Assembly: GCA_043228905.1 (NCBI GenBank)
Contig: JBHGNT010000020.1
Coordinates: forward strand, 11,656,001 to 11,720,000
Source of the DNA: Azolla caroliniana
Taxonomy: Eukaryota > Plantae > Polypodiophyta
DNA length: 64,000 nt
Direction of reading: 5' to 3'
The notes under the pieces were generated by a model. The model saw only the letters and a list, made by a program, of their open reading frames with translations, had not been told where the DNA came from and made no database searches. Shown here piece after piece: positions 50,401-64,000 of this stretch (position 1 is the stretch's first letter; the number at the start of each line of letters is the position of its first letter). The position numbers and the translations under genes are program-made.

Positions 50401-53400
50401 AGTACAAATATAATCAAGAAGGTACAAACCATGTTTATCTCGATAAACAGTGTTTGCACGACGCCCGGTAATAGATGCATCTATTTCCTTGAACCTGATA
50501 AAGGGAAACTAGTTATGACACCTCTTTTTGGTGAGTAGATACAAACTCAAACAGTGTACACAATTTTGTAAGAATAAGAAATTACACTCTTGTAGTCTTT
50601 GTAAAGTCATTGGTACCCTAGCCTAGAGAAAATTTCATGCAAACACATCTAATACAAGTAATATAATGTACATAAACCAACACACTGGATTTCTATTACT
50701 TTCCAGATTCTGATGGACAGATTCCATCATGAGGAGATCATGGACTAAGTAAGAAGGAATATTTACAATCATACAAATAATAACATCACCAAAAAGTCTG
50801 AAGCAATCAATGTTAAATAGAACCATCGCAGTCAGAATAATTAGACAGTTATCAAGAAGGTACCTTCTAGATTCTTCCTGTTTCTTCATCTCAATTTCTC
50901 TGGCCAACTGCCCCCCAGTCCGCAAGCCTGCAGCCGTTCCATCTGCCATAATATCCTTTCTCGAATCATGGCGTGATTTTCTGGGCGGTGACAAGTCATG
51001 GGTAACTGTTTTTCCTACAATCCGTGAATCTCCCAATCTTGTTTCTGATGAGATATGTCCCTTTCTCTGAGGAGACAAGTCTAGACGACTAGACTTCCTT
51101 GGAGGAGATATATCATCAGATACATCCTTTAAAGTCTTATGTGAAGTTATCTTTCTTCTTGGTGGTGATAAGCTAGGGCTGCCCATTCTTGAAGCTAAAA
51201 CCCTCTTTCTTGGTGGAGATAAATCTGGGCTACGAGTTCTTCTTAGTGGAGACGATATCTTATCTGAAGATGTGTGCTTCTTTCTAGGAGGTGATAAGTC
51301 GGTGGTGGTTTTTCTCCTCAGAGGTGATAAGCTAGAATTATCGATTCTTGAAGCTGAAGTCCTCTTTCTTGGTGGTGATAAATCTGGGCTATCAGCTTTT
51401 CTTCTTGGAGGTGACAAGTCAACTCTTGGATGTTGAATCTTCTTCCTAGGTGGAGATAGATCCGGACTTTGCACTTTTGTAGGAGTTGATGAACCCTCGA
51501 ACTTCTGTCCTGAAGACCTATGTCTTCTAGGAGGTGATAACTCCATATTGCTACCTTTTCTTCTAGGTGGGGATAAATAGTGTGAATCATTGCGGGTTGA
51601 AGAAACTTTCCTTCTCGGGGGCGATAAGTCCATACCACCATGCTCACGGTCATGATTTCCTGAATCCTGGGGGGATGTTTCACCTGAGTGAGGCTGCCGT
51701 GGAGCGGAGAAATCTGTGAACAGAGGTAACCTCTTATGACACAAGGTATAGGACCAGGAAAACATGATTAGATGCACACCCAGACTCTCAGCAAATTCAT
51801 ATTATACATGCTTGATGCATTCCATTTCTGTTCTATTTGCCAAAGTTAGAAGTTTGCTTCTCCTTTTTTATCATTGTAATTTGAAATTGTATCAAATGTC
51901 ATCTGGATGCAATTCATTTGGTCTCATGGGTCATTATCCATTTCCATTTCTGTTCTATTTGCCATAGTTAGATATTTCTTTCTCCATTTTTATTTTTGTA
52001 ATCTGAAATTGTATCAAATCTTATCTAGATGCAATTTATTTGTTGTCATGGGTCATTTCCACATTTTGAACACGTTATGTAACATTTCATTTCATATCGG
52101 CTTTGAGAAAAAGAATGCTCCCTTCATTAAAATATCAGTCCAACTTTTGATCTTACTGGATGGAAATAATTTATTAATGTAATTTTCCAGCTAAATTCTT
52201 AAAGTTTTTGTGGTAATTTCTCATCATTTCCTATTATTACATGCATGACACTGAAATTTTCTGCGCACTATATTTTCCAAACTGAGCAAGCTTTGACTCT
52301 ATGTTACGACCACACATGTATCATGCATGAAAAGTATACTTAGCAATAAGTAAATAAATAAACACCATAAATTCCATGGTATTTTGTTGGTTTTATAAAC
52401 TCACTCAACCTTTTGCACGGTATCATGAACATACACATGTTCATAAGGAATCAATTCGTTGAGCCATCAAATTCTTGTATGGCCATATGATCAGACATTG
52501 TTTGGGGAACTATTGTCTATACATATAGACCAACGATATCATGGTTGTAGAAAGGACTAGCTACCCTCATGTAAGCTCCTCCTTCCTCTTCCTCTCCTCT
52601 CAATTCTACCATGAGTAGAAGTGGTGAGGATCCTTGCTAATACTGACTCCCTAAGGTCATGGATTTACTCACAACGCCCTCAAGAACAAAAAGCTGAACA
52701 AGTTCCTTGAAATGAGCTTGTATTTATACAGAAATTCTAACCTTGTTCATAGACTCCTAATACTTACGAAAAGAAAAGTAAAAAGCTCAAAATCATTGTC
52801 TCCCTTCGCTTATATGCATATCTCCTAGAAGAGACAAAAGGGAAAGAAAAGCTCCATAAGTACCTTGTTCTGTGGTAGTATTTACTGAAACCCACCCACT
52901 TCCATCATCTGCTGTTGAGATATATGGGCGATGCATTTTCAGAGCCTCCATCCTTTGCATTCTCTTCACTTCCACATCCTTGATGACTAAGGGCGCATCA
53001 TCTTCAACACAAAATGAAGGCACAAAACATGAAGAAATATGATGGGAAAGATGGAAGAGAGAACCCAAACAAACAGGAAGGGAAAAAATAAAACATAATA
53101 GGAAAAAAATGAAAACAGAAAGAAAGAAATATTAATGTCTTTCAAGCACACAAGCACATTTAAGGAAAACAATGAAAAGAGAGAAGACTCATAGAAATCT
53201 GAAGGAAAATAAATAAAGGGCCACATGAACCACAGAATATGAAGGGAAAAAGAAAAGATATATTAATGTCTCTAAAAGACCAAAATGTCCTTGAGACCTG
53301 ACAAAGGTTAAGATTGTTTATGTTAACCGGTGAATGTGAGTAAAGGAGGGAATGCCAGCTTCCTAAACCAAATGGCTTGAAATGTAATTATGAACAACCT

Positions 53401-54496
53401 CAACAATGAGATTCTGTACATGATTATTGGAATTGAAATTGATGTCCTCTGAAAATATACATGCTGAGGTGATAAAATAAGGAAAGCCTGGAGGAACAAC
53501 GAGGGTGCCTCTGATGATGTGTGATGATGGTTTTTCATCTTGTAAAGATATACATGTCAGAATGGCAGTTCCAGTTGGCCACAGCAAAGCCCACGACAAA
53601 AATAAATTATTCTAGTTATCATGACTCCCAAGTCAAGAATCAATTTTGGCCAGGATATTTGCTTCTACATTATGAACTTCTAAACTATGAGAAGTGTCCT
53701 AGTAGTATTCGTGGGAAAGAAATCTATTAAATCTCACTACTTAGGTGGCTCAGAGAGTTCCGAACTCTCCCTCGAGGGGCTTTTTCTATGTCTCTTTCTC
53801 TATAGAAAAAAGAGCATAAAGCATATTTGCTCATTGTACTCCATTACTCTATAGGGAGGTCCAAATCCTTCTGCAAAGGGACAATGATATACATAATGTT
53901 CCTTAGATTCAATTTCTTGGATCACAAAGCTGGTGGTGCATATCACCTAATGTCTATCCTCAGTTGAGGAGATGATGACCGGGCATGCCTATTGTTGTGT
54001 TTTGTGAAAGCCTATAACATGTGCGTCTCCCTGTACTTGTCTAGAGTAATGAAACCATTTGGCTTCATTATCAAGGAAAAACAAATGAAATGCAAAGCTG
54101 AAACTAAGCTGAAAACATGAAATGTAAAGGAATGAAACCGGAGAAGAGTCGATAACATGAAGAAAAACAAATGGAAAAATAGATATGAAGGGAAATAGAT
54201 GAAAATTGGAGATAAAAAGAAGAAAATGAAATACGAAGGAAATAAAAGGAAATTCAAGAAGAACCAATAAGATGAAGAAGAATAAATGATGTCGACCTAC
54301 CTTGTTCTTCTTCAGATTCAGAGCTTTCTTCTTTCAATTCCTTTTGCCATACAGGATCTGCATCCACGAGTCTAATAGAAGAAGAGACAGGGTTTGGAGG
54401 CCTCTTGATCTTCTTCTTCTTCTTCTTCTTCGAATTGGCGGTTGTGTCGGCGTCGCTCGTATATCGCTTCAGATACTCTTGCATAGAGGACGCCAT
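47448..54496 (-). CDS. BUD13: BUD13 homolog (RES complex pre-mRNA splicing factor)
   Basis: Exons 54496-54301, 53001-52864, 51713-50864, 50494-50430, 50300-50236, 49268-49165, 48699-48627, 48152-47969, 47533-47448. N-terminal MQEYLKRY..KKKKKKK, many DLSPPR repeats, and C-terminal [46 protein letters not shown]. Confidence 0.96.
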
Positions 54497-55499
54497 AGCT
54501 CGATTCTCTGCAGACACTCCTCCCGCAAAAATACATTAAACGAACGCACAGACACAAAGTGAGAATTTCTGCGTTTTGAAAATTCTCAAAAATACCCTCA
54601 TTGTAGGATTCTTCATGCTTTTGGTTTTTGACAAATTCCAATAGATACCCTTTTGGCCAGCTAATCGATTGGAACTCTTCCTGATTACTGTCACAATCGG
54701 TAACGGTTCGGTTTGAACCGAACCGAAGCAACATATCAACCCAAATTAATGGTGTTACCCCAACATATTCCTCGATCATTGTGCACAAAAGGTGGGTTGT
54801 GCAAACGTGCAAGCAAGGAGATGAGTGCAGGAGCATGAAATGAACTAGAGGGGACAAATAGAGTTAGAGATGATAGATGAGAGGATGAGTAGATGGGCAA
54901 ATGCAATCAAATAAGAGACGATGAAGGATCACACAAGATGAGAAAACTTTAGGCAATACTTATGGAGATGTAGATGAATGGACAAGTGAAGGTGTGGGTG
55001 AACAAGAGATTCGATGCGATTGGGAAGATGCAAATGGGTTCAAATGAGGAAAGTTGAAAACGGCGATTGCCCTAAGTGTAGACATGAGCTTGAGGTGAGA
55101 CACAAAAGCAATGTATAGGAAACAAGAGAAACTAGGTGAAGTGATGAGATAAACAATAGAACACCATAATAACAAGAAAATAAATCGATGTTCCCACGAC
55201 TACCATTTATCTTAAGATCAATGTGTGGGGAACTCTTTCTTATACATACAAATTGCAGTGCATTAACTATGGATGCAACCTCTCAAGACTTTACAACTTG
55301 AATAGTGCCAAGACTCTACAATCTCACAATAGACTTTCCAATATAATACGACCTCTAAAACTACTTCAAACAATAAAAGCTTGCAAACCTTCATAACTTT
55401 ATAATCGTCTACCCTTTCAAATCCACAAGATGCCCAAATTGAAACCTATATTTTAAAGCCATGCCATATGCAACTTGCTTGACATTGTGCACCAAAAGA

Positions 55500-57900
55500 A
55501 CCCTTTCACATGCTATGTAGTATGGACAATAAGATTGTTATGATGCATCCAAGACATGGCTCTTGAATTGAATTTCCCTAAAGGGACCAACACGACCCAT
55601 ATGTTGGAATGTTGCATTTCCAAGGGTTGATATGAAGCCCTAAGGGATCATCTCCCTCATTGTGTGCTAAGTAAGGGATTGGGGAGATCACTCTGAAATG
55701 GCAAAGAGCACAACATACTTCAACACATAAAAGTACTCACCTTTTAACTCCATGCAACCATGGAAGGCTCATAATATCATTAGGTTAAACTCCCAACACT
55801 AAATAAGAAATATATTTCCTTTTTAAAACGACAATTACTAAATAAGAAACATGTGAAGTGTTCCAATTAAAAATAATTACTAAGTAAAAAACATGTATAC
55901 CTCAATTAATTGGTGTGGAATAGCTACACGGAGAAAAGTGGATCTTAGTGAATGCAAAGGGAAGAGATTCAAAGGCAAAAGGTGGCCCCAAACTCAAGGT
56001 GCCAAAGACCCATTTTACATGAGAGCTCTTGGCATTTTATACAAGTTGGAAACCTTTGATGGTACCTTTCACATTACAAACCCATTAGCTATTAACCTTT
56101 TCACCTAATAAAGGGTTGTTTCCCACAAATTATAACATGATAATTATAACAAATTATATACATTGGACCTATGACCAATATTTTAGTTTTGTAAATATTA
56201 CATCTCATGGGATTCTTAAAACCAATGAATATAACAATATTTCCCATTAACAACACATTCTATACATTGATTAATGCAACATGTAAGAGATACCTTCACT
56301 ATTAACCAAGCTTTGTATACATTCAAACTCAAACTTAAGACTTCATTCAAATGTAGGAGCCATGAGGATGTGGGTACTCATGTTAGTAGAAAATTGCTAT
56401 ATTATTTATACTCCATCAATTGCCACTTGACCAATCTCAAATTTCATTCATAAGAGTGCCCTAAGTGTTGATCCATGATAATTGTGGACCATTTAAAGGA
56501 CTGAGCACTATTGACAACATGCCACCATGAAGATTGAAACCCCCCATAGTAGATGATCTTTTCTAGAAAATAACATATTATCCCCACCCAAGCTTGAGAA
56601 CACACATACCTTTTATGAGGTTAAATCATCGAGAAACCATATGTGTTGGGTTAAGGTATCCCTGGATTTGACCTAATCCCTTAAGTCTTAAAAGATCCCA
56701 AAATATTATAACAAAGAATGCAAAAAATGACTTGGGCTTGGAGGGTTCAAGCTAGGCTAGCACAATTAGCCTTCCCTCTAGTGTCTCTTATCTACATCAA
56801 TTGAACAACAAAAGCCAACACACGGTTGGGAGTTTACAAAAGTACTCTACATACGTGCATGCAACTCCCTCTACACACATGTAGGCTCCATTTACACTCA
56901 CCTAGGGCAACTAGGTGTGAACTTTTGCCAATAAATCCATTGTCATGGTAAATCCTTGTTTCCATCAAGTATATATGATGGGTCTCATGTTTGATTCTTC
57001 TTAATCACCTCCATCTTTGTTCTTCACGATGAGGCTCCATTGTCTTTGACCTTCATTTCTTCTCTATAGTATATATGATCCTCCTAGTTTGTCAACATCA
57101 CGTGGTCTTCACCCAAAGCAAACCGAATCGGCAAATGTGATTATCACCTAACTTTTAGAGTTTTCATTAAATTGTTAGTTCTTTTTTAAAACTATGATTG
57201 TCATTTCCTTGCATCTCTCTAGATCCACTTAATCCTTTATCAAAATCCTCCACGATCTTATGATGTTGTGCTTTTGTCTCCGATGATCTATTAGTTGATT
57301 CTTCGTCATTCTAAAAGCCTCCATTGATTGGTCCTGACTCTTGACAAATGAACCAACCTGACAACTTTGCATAACTCGACTCTTGTCCTTTAGTCAATGT
57401 ACTCATACCTCAAGGTGGAGGCCTTCAACATTTCATTCGACAACTTTGTGAGCTTTACCCTTTGTATCTTGCTATCCTTCAACAAGTGCCCAAGCATCTC
57501 ATCTTCATAGAAGACAACACCATTGCTCTAGATTACAATTCATGTCACTACATCAACATTCAATAGTTGAGTTTGGCATTGCACTAGAGAAAAACAAATT
57601 TTCTTGACTCACAATCCAATTTTTGGCACAACTCTTTAAGCACTACTATTGTGATTGTGTTACAAGGTGAACCTATCTATTAACTACATAACAAAATATG
57701 AAGACAAATACTAATCTATCTCTTTGATTGTTGGCTTGGTGGTTCAAGACCTAAGTGTGTAGAGGGGGTGGAAGCTACTTGTGTTATTTTATGATCGATG
57801 ACAACGCTGACTAAACGAGAATGTAAACTCTTAAGCACGAATAAAAAGAAACTCTAGGAGAAATAGGCATACCATTTTGTTCCACTTCATAAGACCTTTT
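55500..57900 (-). mobile_element. Decayed Copia-like pol debris
   Basis: Minus-strand KLDCESRKFVF (about 57600) and GVVFYEDE (about 57510) resemble the Copia KLDxRSxKCVF..SRDVVFxE region; YKAWLIV (about 56310) resembles YKARLV. Boundaries approximate. Confidence 0.45.
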
Positions 57901-58580
57901 AGGTAGAGGCAAACATTGTAAGTCTCATGGTTTCCTTGGTAACAACAAATATAGTTCTAAGACATCCCATGCCTCATGAATAATAATACTAGATTTATTG
58001 TGTCATATAACCCATTTAATTCAATAATTGGATTAATTAAGTTGTGATGATAAGTTATTAATCAGGACAACCAGATTTAAGTTTGGAGAATATTCCCACT
58101 TTGTTGTATATCAGAATGATCAATGTTTGATAAAGTTTTCCAGGTTTCACGCGTATCATGATTGTCAATCTCTTGTCAGCACATGTGTCTTTACATTCTA
58201 CCTCATTTTCTTCATCCGGTAGATTTCATTGGCATAAGATCATGGCCTTCATTCAGATGATGGAGTTTTTCATCTTCAAAGTAAATAAACATATTATGGA
58301 AGAATTAAAGAAATATGGGATATATGAAACTCGATCGATCATGAAATATAGTACATCTAGTTTATATACATTTATATATATAAAAAATAGATGCTCACTA
58401 GACAAATATGCCATCTTTGTTTACATGCATCATTGGAGCTATTCTTGTTCCTTTAACAATTTTTTTTTTTTAGGGTTTAGGGTTTATGATGAGTATTTGC
58501 ATTGATAGCTAACCAATGGTATAGCATAATCAAAATGGCAAAAAACATTCATTCAGACGTGAAGTCTATACCTCCATCAC

Positions 58581-61539
58581 TTACCCCTTCAAAGAGTCTT
58601 GATTGAATTTTAGTTCTCCAAGAAGCCTCTCAAACCATCCCTGGCTAGCTTTTGAACCCAATCTGCTTTTCAATACATCTTGAAGCCTTTTATAGGAAGG
58701 TTTCTCTTCCTCAACGGCAATACAATCACTGGCCCCATTTGAATCAATTACAAACACCTGACAGATCCAACATTTACAATTATCGACATTTTCCTCACAA
58801 TTATATTTATACCACACAATTGAAACTTAAGAATTGAACTTCAACTGCATGATTTGATCTCATATGTCATGCTCAGCCCTTGAAAACAAGCTAAAAGGAA
58901 TTTCTACTGATATTAGTAATCTATTTAAAATTGATCATTATAAGCAGGCCTTTGTTGAATGGGACAAGATATTTCTACTTTTTAAAAAACGTAATGACAA
59001 AACAAGCTACGGTAAAAGAAGAAAGAACATGGTACAAAATACAATAGTCGAGATCAACTCGGGCTGGGAATGACTCGTGAGTGGGCATCAAACCTGTGCC
59101 AGAGCAAGTGACGCAAAAAAGACGGGAGACTGGTAGCCATAGCATTAGGTGGAATAAGATATAGTTGCACATTAACTTATGAGTATCCGTACATAATTGT
59201 GCATATCCGGTAAAATAAATAAGTAGTTGTGTAGTTATATACACAAATAAGAAAGATCATATGAAGGGCGTTGGGATAAGATGACAGATCATATGAAGAA
59301 TGTAGTTACAAGCATGAGCATAGCAATGATGTATTAACCCGAATTAATCTTATAATAGATGGATTATTATCGATGTATTTGTGCCATGAAGTGTGCTAAT
59401 TAAGCAACACAGTCTGTCATAAAATTTCTTACAATATCTGACATGTATCCATAAGTATTTCTAATTCTTTTTTCAGCTTTTACCAGAATACCCCTCTGCA
59501 GTTAAGAGAGACTTTTTGTTGACTACCATCATAACTAGCATCACTGATTGCTAATGGCAAGCAAAGAACTAAGGATAATTCATTTGAGTTGTAAGAAACA
59601 TATGTGTGTAAATTAAGTTAAACTTGCCTGCCACCTTCCTGGATAGCATTTCAATAGTCTCACATCCTCCCCCATGATTCTCATTTGTTTCAAGTAGTAC
59701 ACCGTAGAAAAACTCGCAAGAAATTCCTCCCTTACTTTTCGTTGTTCTCCAAATCCAAAATCAGAGATAACCTGACATGACCCAGGTTGAAGTTCGTTTT
59801 ATTAATTTCAGCCATCATCAAAAAAGCAAAGTATGCATAAGTATATTTCTTCTTTTGTTCTAAAAATTAGCTCAAGAAGTTTATTGTGATTACTTGACCA
59901 ATTGTAGCATTTACACAAGGTCTATGTTTTTGTTTCTGCATTTGTAGGTCTAAGGATAAGGGAGGATAATATTACAGCCCTAGCCATCACAGTTAATCAC
60001 AGTTTGATGTCCTATTCCTCGAGCATCTCTGTCATATAATAAAGCTAGATGTACCTTTCCTATTCTCCCCGACCATGTATTGAATGACTGATGGAAGAGC
60101 ATGTACCAAAAATCCTATAAAAGACTCACCTTTATAAAAGTTCAGGGTTCCACAATTAATAAAAAATACTATATTACTGTTTTCTGTCTCCCCTCATTGC
60201 TCTTTTTTAATTACCCCACCCCCTTGGGGGGATGGATAAACCTCTGACAAACAAAGCATTTTGTATCGAAATCTATCCCATGGATGAATATAGCTATCCT
60301 CATTCATTCATTCAACATTATCATCATATGACTATTAGAAAATAAGGATTCCTAAGGAGTTAGCATGAAAAACAAGAATTAAAAATACCAAAAAATGATG
60401 GATTGTACCTGTCCAGATTGCCATTGTGCATTTACCAATAGCAGCAATCTATCTTTGACATCTGCCAATTCCTTCACTTTCTCTAAACTTTCAGCATTTG
60501 GGAACAAAACTAATACAACCTGGCAAACACAAAGGGGTGATCACATATAATAAAATGGTCATAAAGGACAACTTCTCCATGTTTGCAATTGAAATGAAAC
60601 TTTTGTATCATAAAGAAACTATTACAAACATCTCACTGTTAACCAACACAATCTATCATAATATATATATACACACACACATGTGTGTGCATTCACACAT
60701 ATATGCATTTTGAAAGGTGGTACTAATCCAGTATCTTCTTAGATTAAACTCAAAATTTTCTTTTATTCAAGGTAAGAAATGTGTGGAAACTCTATCTAAA
60801 TTTTATAAATCTTTAGGCCCAAACCTCTGGCATTCATCCTAAATGGTGATTTTATGCATTTGTGAGAAGAGAGAGATACCCTGTCTGATTCCCAAACTCC
60901 AACTGCATCGCCATCGTCAATGATATATGTCTTAAAACTGTCTTCGGGTGTTTGAGTGAGACCTTTCAATAAGCTTGAGACAACTGGTGTTGCAGCTTTG
61001 AACTGCTGTTGTATCCCACCCTAAAGATTGAAATAAAATTAAAATTAAAAATCCAAACCAACACATTAAGGGGTTTCCAAAACTTTACCAGAATACCCGT
61101 CTGCAGTGATAGATCTTGAACCACAGAGTACTGGTGAGTTTTTGAAAGGATATGGATATTCAGGGAAATCACCAAAACAAGCTAGGGGTATTTTGATGTT
61201 TTTCTATCAAGCATAATGTCTCTGGACCTGTGATAAAGATCTGCTTCTCTCACACACATACCGGCCAATCATCGAGGTCTGTAGCACCGATTAATGGCAG
61301 TAGAATCTCTAGTTGAAGTCTTGTCAGTTCATCTTTCCAAGCTTGGTTGCATGCACGCATTGCCTATAAACCATCCATATAGAAATTTAAACTCACATCA
61401 TGATAGAAATACTGTTACTCACTACAAGATCTGTACATTTTTCTAGTATCTTTTTTATTCAAGGGATAACCTGGTCTATGCTCTCCTCGACTGTTGAGGG
61501 TACTGAAACTCGCCGATTGTTCCCAACAGTATTTGTAGG
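58581..61539 (-). CDS. DUF1995-domain protein (LPA3-related family), 5' exons not located
   Basis: Phase-0 exons 61539-61471, 61363-61262, 61020-60880, 60519-60409, 59771-59628 and 58757-58581 join to VPSTVEESIDQAMRACNQAWKDELTRLQLEILLPLIGATDLDDWPGGIQQQFKAA...LLVNAQW...FLASFSTVYYLK...LLKCYPGRWQV...EKPSY. The gene structure is solid; the family call is from motif recall. Confidence 0.8.
58758..59627 (-). other. GC-AG intron in the DUF1995 gene
   Basis: YPGRWQ|GCAAGT...TGTCAG|VFVIDS; consensus CAG/GCAAGT donor. Confidence 0.85.
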
Positions 61540-62789
61540 CTGATGAAATACACATGGCAGGGTCGTGATTTATTCAAGCAGCCAGAGTTCACATTGATTT
61601 AAATAACAAGAGCTAATTCCTTCAGAAGAGCATTTTTTACAGATTCACTAAGTTTCCTTACTGCAGTTTTCAAATTCAAATATATAAATATACAATCCTG
61701 TAGCACTAAAGCCAATGCTTTGCAACTTGCAATTGTGGGTTCAAGTCTCAAGGAATGGGGTTTTGATGTTGGGTTCACAATAGAAACTCTTCATAATCTT
61801 AGTTTGAGATCATGCACTCTTAACAGCTGGCTCCTAGAAAAGACAGCTTTACAGACATTCATATTGACACATTTCCCCACAATACAAAAAGTAAAAATCA
61901 TAGCATAGATTCAATTGCTATATATTCAGTGACACAATTCCGTGTCAGTGTACAGTGTCTCCTAAAAATTTGTTCCCGTTGAAAATCCACTTCTTTGATG
62001 CAATGTGGCAGTTGTTTGCTCAATGTTGGTTCAACAATTCTGTATGTAAAACATTTGCTGAATGCTGGGTGTATATATATATGGTAGGTGGCCTCAAGAA
62101 TTTAGCGGCCCATGTTTTCACAAAACAATTTCAGATTTCTTTTCCTTTTTCAATAAGATGCTTTATTGACCTTTTGATGGCTGCTTTTGGCATTTGGTAT
62201 CTGCAGCTGATATCTTTGACAATCTCAAACTTGAAGACTGATTTCAATCTCTCTTCACACTTTCATCAACGTAGCAAGTCTTTATGGTCTCATTACTCTA
62301 GCTGGCCAACTAAAGCTGAACACAGCTTTAGTTTGTCAATGGTCACCACTTTTGCCAACATATATACTGGATTTTGGCTCCCTGGTTCTTCACCATTATT
62401 AACACTTCATCTTCCAACAAAGACCTGACGAAGTGATAATGAAGTCCAACTCAGTTAACAAAGCTTGAATCTATATCATCGCTTTACTAGCTTCAGTTCC
62501 TGGTACATATTCTGCCTTTGTAGTGGATAAAAGAGCAGTCTTTTGTGGTTCCAACAGTGAATGCATAGCTGATTGTGCTTCTTCTGAGATTGACTCACCT
62601 CCAAACCCTGTATCTACATATACTTGTAATTTTACTTCTTTTACTTGGTTATATTAATTTTGGTTTGCTGTTCTCAAAGATGAGACAGCATTTTAAGATG
62701 TAATCTCTTGTTTGGCCTTATAGGCCATTTTGGCCGCCTAAAAGACATTCACATTTCTTTCTTTCTTTGCCAAAATACCAATACTTCTC

Positions 62790-63720
62790 CATGGTGCCTC
62801 ATAGATACCACAAAATCCTTATGACTGCTTCCCAATGAGTTTTATCTCATTGGGAGGCAGACAGATCTAATCCAATCTAATCGTCAATTTGACATAAACC
62901 TGCTAACAACTACCACTGCATGGTCATTGTCTGTCCTTATACAGACCGTTGCATACATCAAAATTCCAATAGCTGAGGCATAAGGAACCTTAAATAACGT
63001 GCCAATGGTGTGCTGACTGGCTCGCTTGGCGTCACCCATGTTGAGTCCTTGCAAAACATGGTTAATGAACTCTGCAAAACATGGTTGATGTACCCCCTCT
63101 TTGCTTATCTCATGTGATCCCTTTTTCTGAACCCATTTCCTTCATGTAAAATTGTCTTGACAACTCTGCTTCAAGCTCCAGGCCTCATTTATTTGAATCA
63201 GCTACTAACATATCGTTACATGAAGTAGCAAAATACATAACTCAAAATATATCCTGGGAAGTAACAGCAATGACAGGATTGCACCTCTGGAAACTTTCCA
63301 TGTCAAACTTTCTGTACCATGTTATCTAGAGTTTTTCTTGTACCATGTTGAACTTTCTGTACCATGCGCATAAACTGAAAAAAAAATTCTTGAGTTTGCA
63401 TACCATGTTTTGTTCCCTGTTAAACATTTTAATTGGTGCATATATATTTTCTCTTCTAAGTCTCTATGAAGAAATGTAGTCTTTACATCCAATTGCCCAA
63501 GATAAAGCTCTTCACTAGCAACATATACTCAACCCGGCCCTAATAGTATTGAGTTTCAGAGCTGGTGCTAAAATTTCGGTATGATCAACTCCTTCCTTCT
63601 GTTGGAAGCCTTGGACAACTAGTCAGGCTTTGTATCTCTTGGAACTATCACGCTTCTACTTCACTTGGTACACCAATTTGTTGTATCCTTGGTAGGCCAT
63701 CTTCCTACCAAGAGATGTTG
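62790..63720 (-). mobile_element. Decayed Ty1/Copia reverse transcriptase remnant
   Basis: YKA*LVVQGFQQKEGVDHTEILAPALKLNTIR (about 63540-63635), VPYASAIGILMYATVCIRTDNDHAVVVVSRFMSN (about 62885-62990) and WEAVIRILWYL match RVT_2-region motifs. Confidence 0.85.
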
Positions 63721-64000
63721 TAGGGCAGATCCCCATGCTCTTCCAGTATCCAGTTTGATACTATCAATTCAGATCACTCTATTGTTTTTCACTTTGGTAA
63801 TGTTTAGATGGGTGCCTTTTAGCATACCAACCGTAAACCCATAAACGCCAAGCTTGAGTATCTTACATTTAGGGAGCTCTTAAAGCTATTGGATACCAGT
63901 CACTGATTCGAATAATGCATCAGTGATTATTAGGGCTGCTCCAATCTTCACCTGAATTATATCATGGGGCACCGATGCTTTGCTCCTTTTCATGCAGGCA

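Noticed and set aside
31608-54496. Functional cluster of splicing genes (SmD2 and BUD13)
   Set aside because: Two housekeeping genes about 13 kb apart with unrelated genes between them; compatible with chance.
58470-58487. Second telomeric array
   Set aside because: Only two TTTAGGG units after a T-run; too short to call.
59893-60114. Extra DUF1995 exons (AG..GT-bounded segments)
   Set aside because: Exon 60519-60409 joins 59771-59628 in frame with a sensible motif (VNAQWQSGQ-VISDFG); the segments are not needed.

Overview
Eukaryotic, intron-rich land-plant genomic DNA: AT-rich, dense in (GA)n, (CA)n and (TATG)n microsatellites, with a plant-type CCCTAAA telomere motif. A fern-like origin is my guess only. 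Most ORFs in the track are microsatellite or antisense noise; the real genes are spliced. I could assemble a CH-domain kinesin-14 (+, 19 coding exons, one GC-AG and one U12 AT-AC intron), Sm D2 (-), two tandem GLB3-type truncated hemoglobins (+, the first frameshifted in exon 1), BUD13 (-) and a 5'-incomplete DUF1995 gene (-). Intergenic DNA holds a very young 1.15-kb LTR element (identical LTRs, 4-bp TSD, tRNA-Ala-like PBS, truncated gag), LINE remnants sharing a 3' hairpin, a putative solo LTR, hAT MITEs, Copia and Gypsy debris, an interstitial telomere array, a recurring twin tRNA-like module and many short tandem duplications. I see no clearly new multi-gene system; the best leads are mobile-element oddities and the GLB3 duplicate. 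All coordinates were read by eye.
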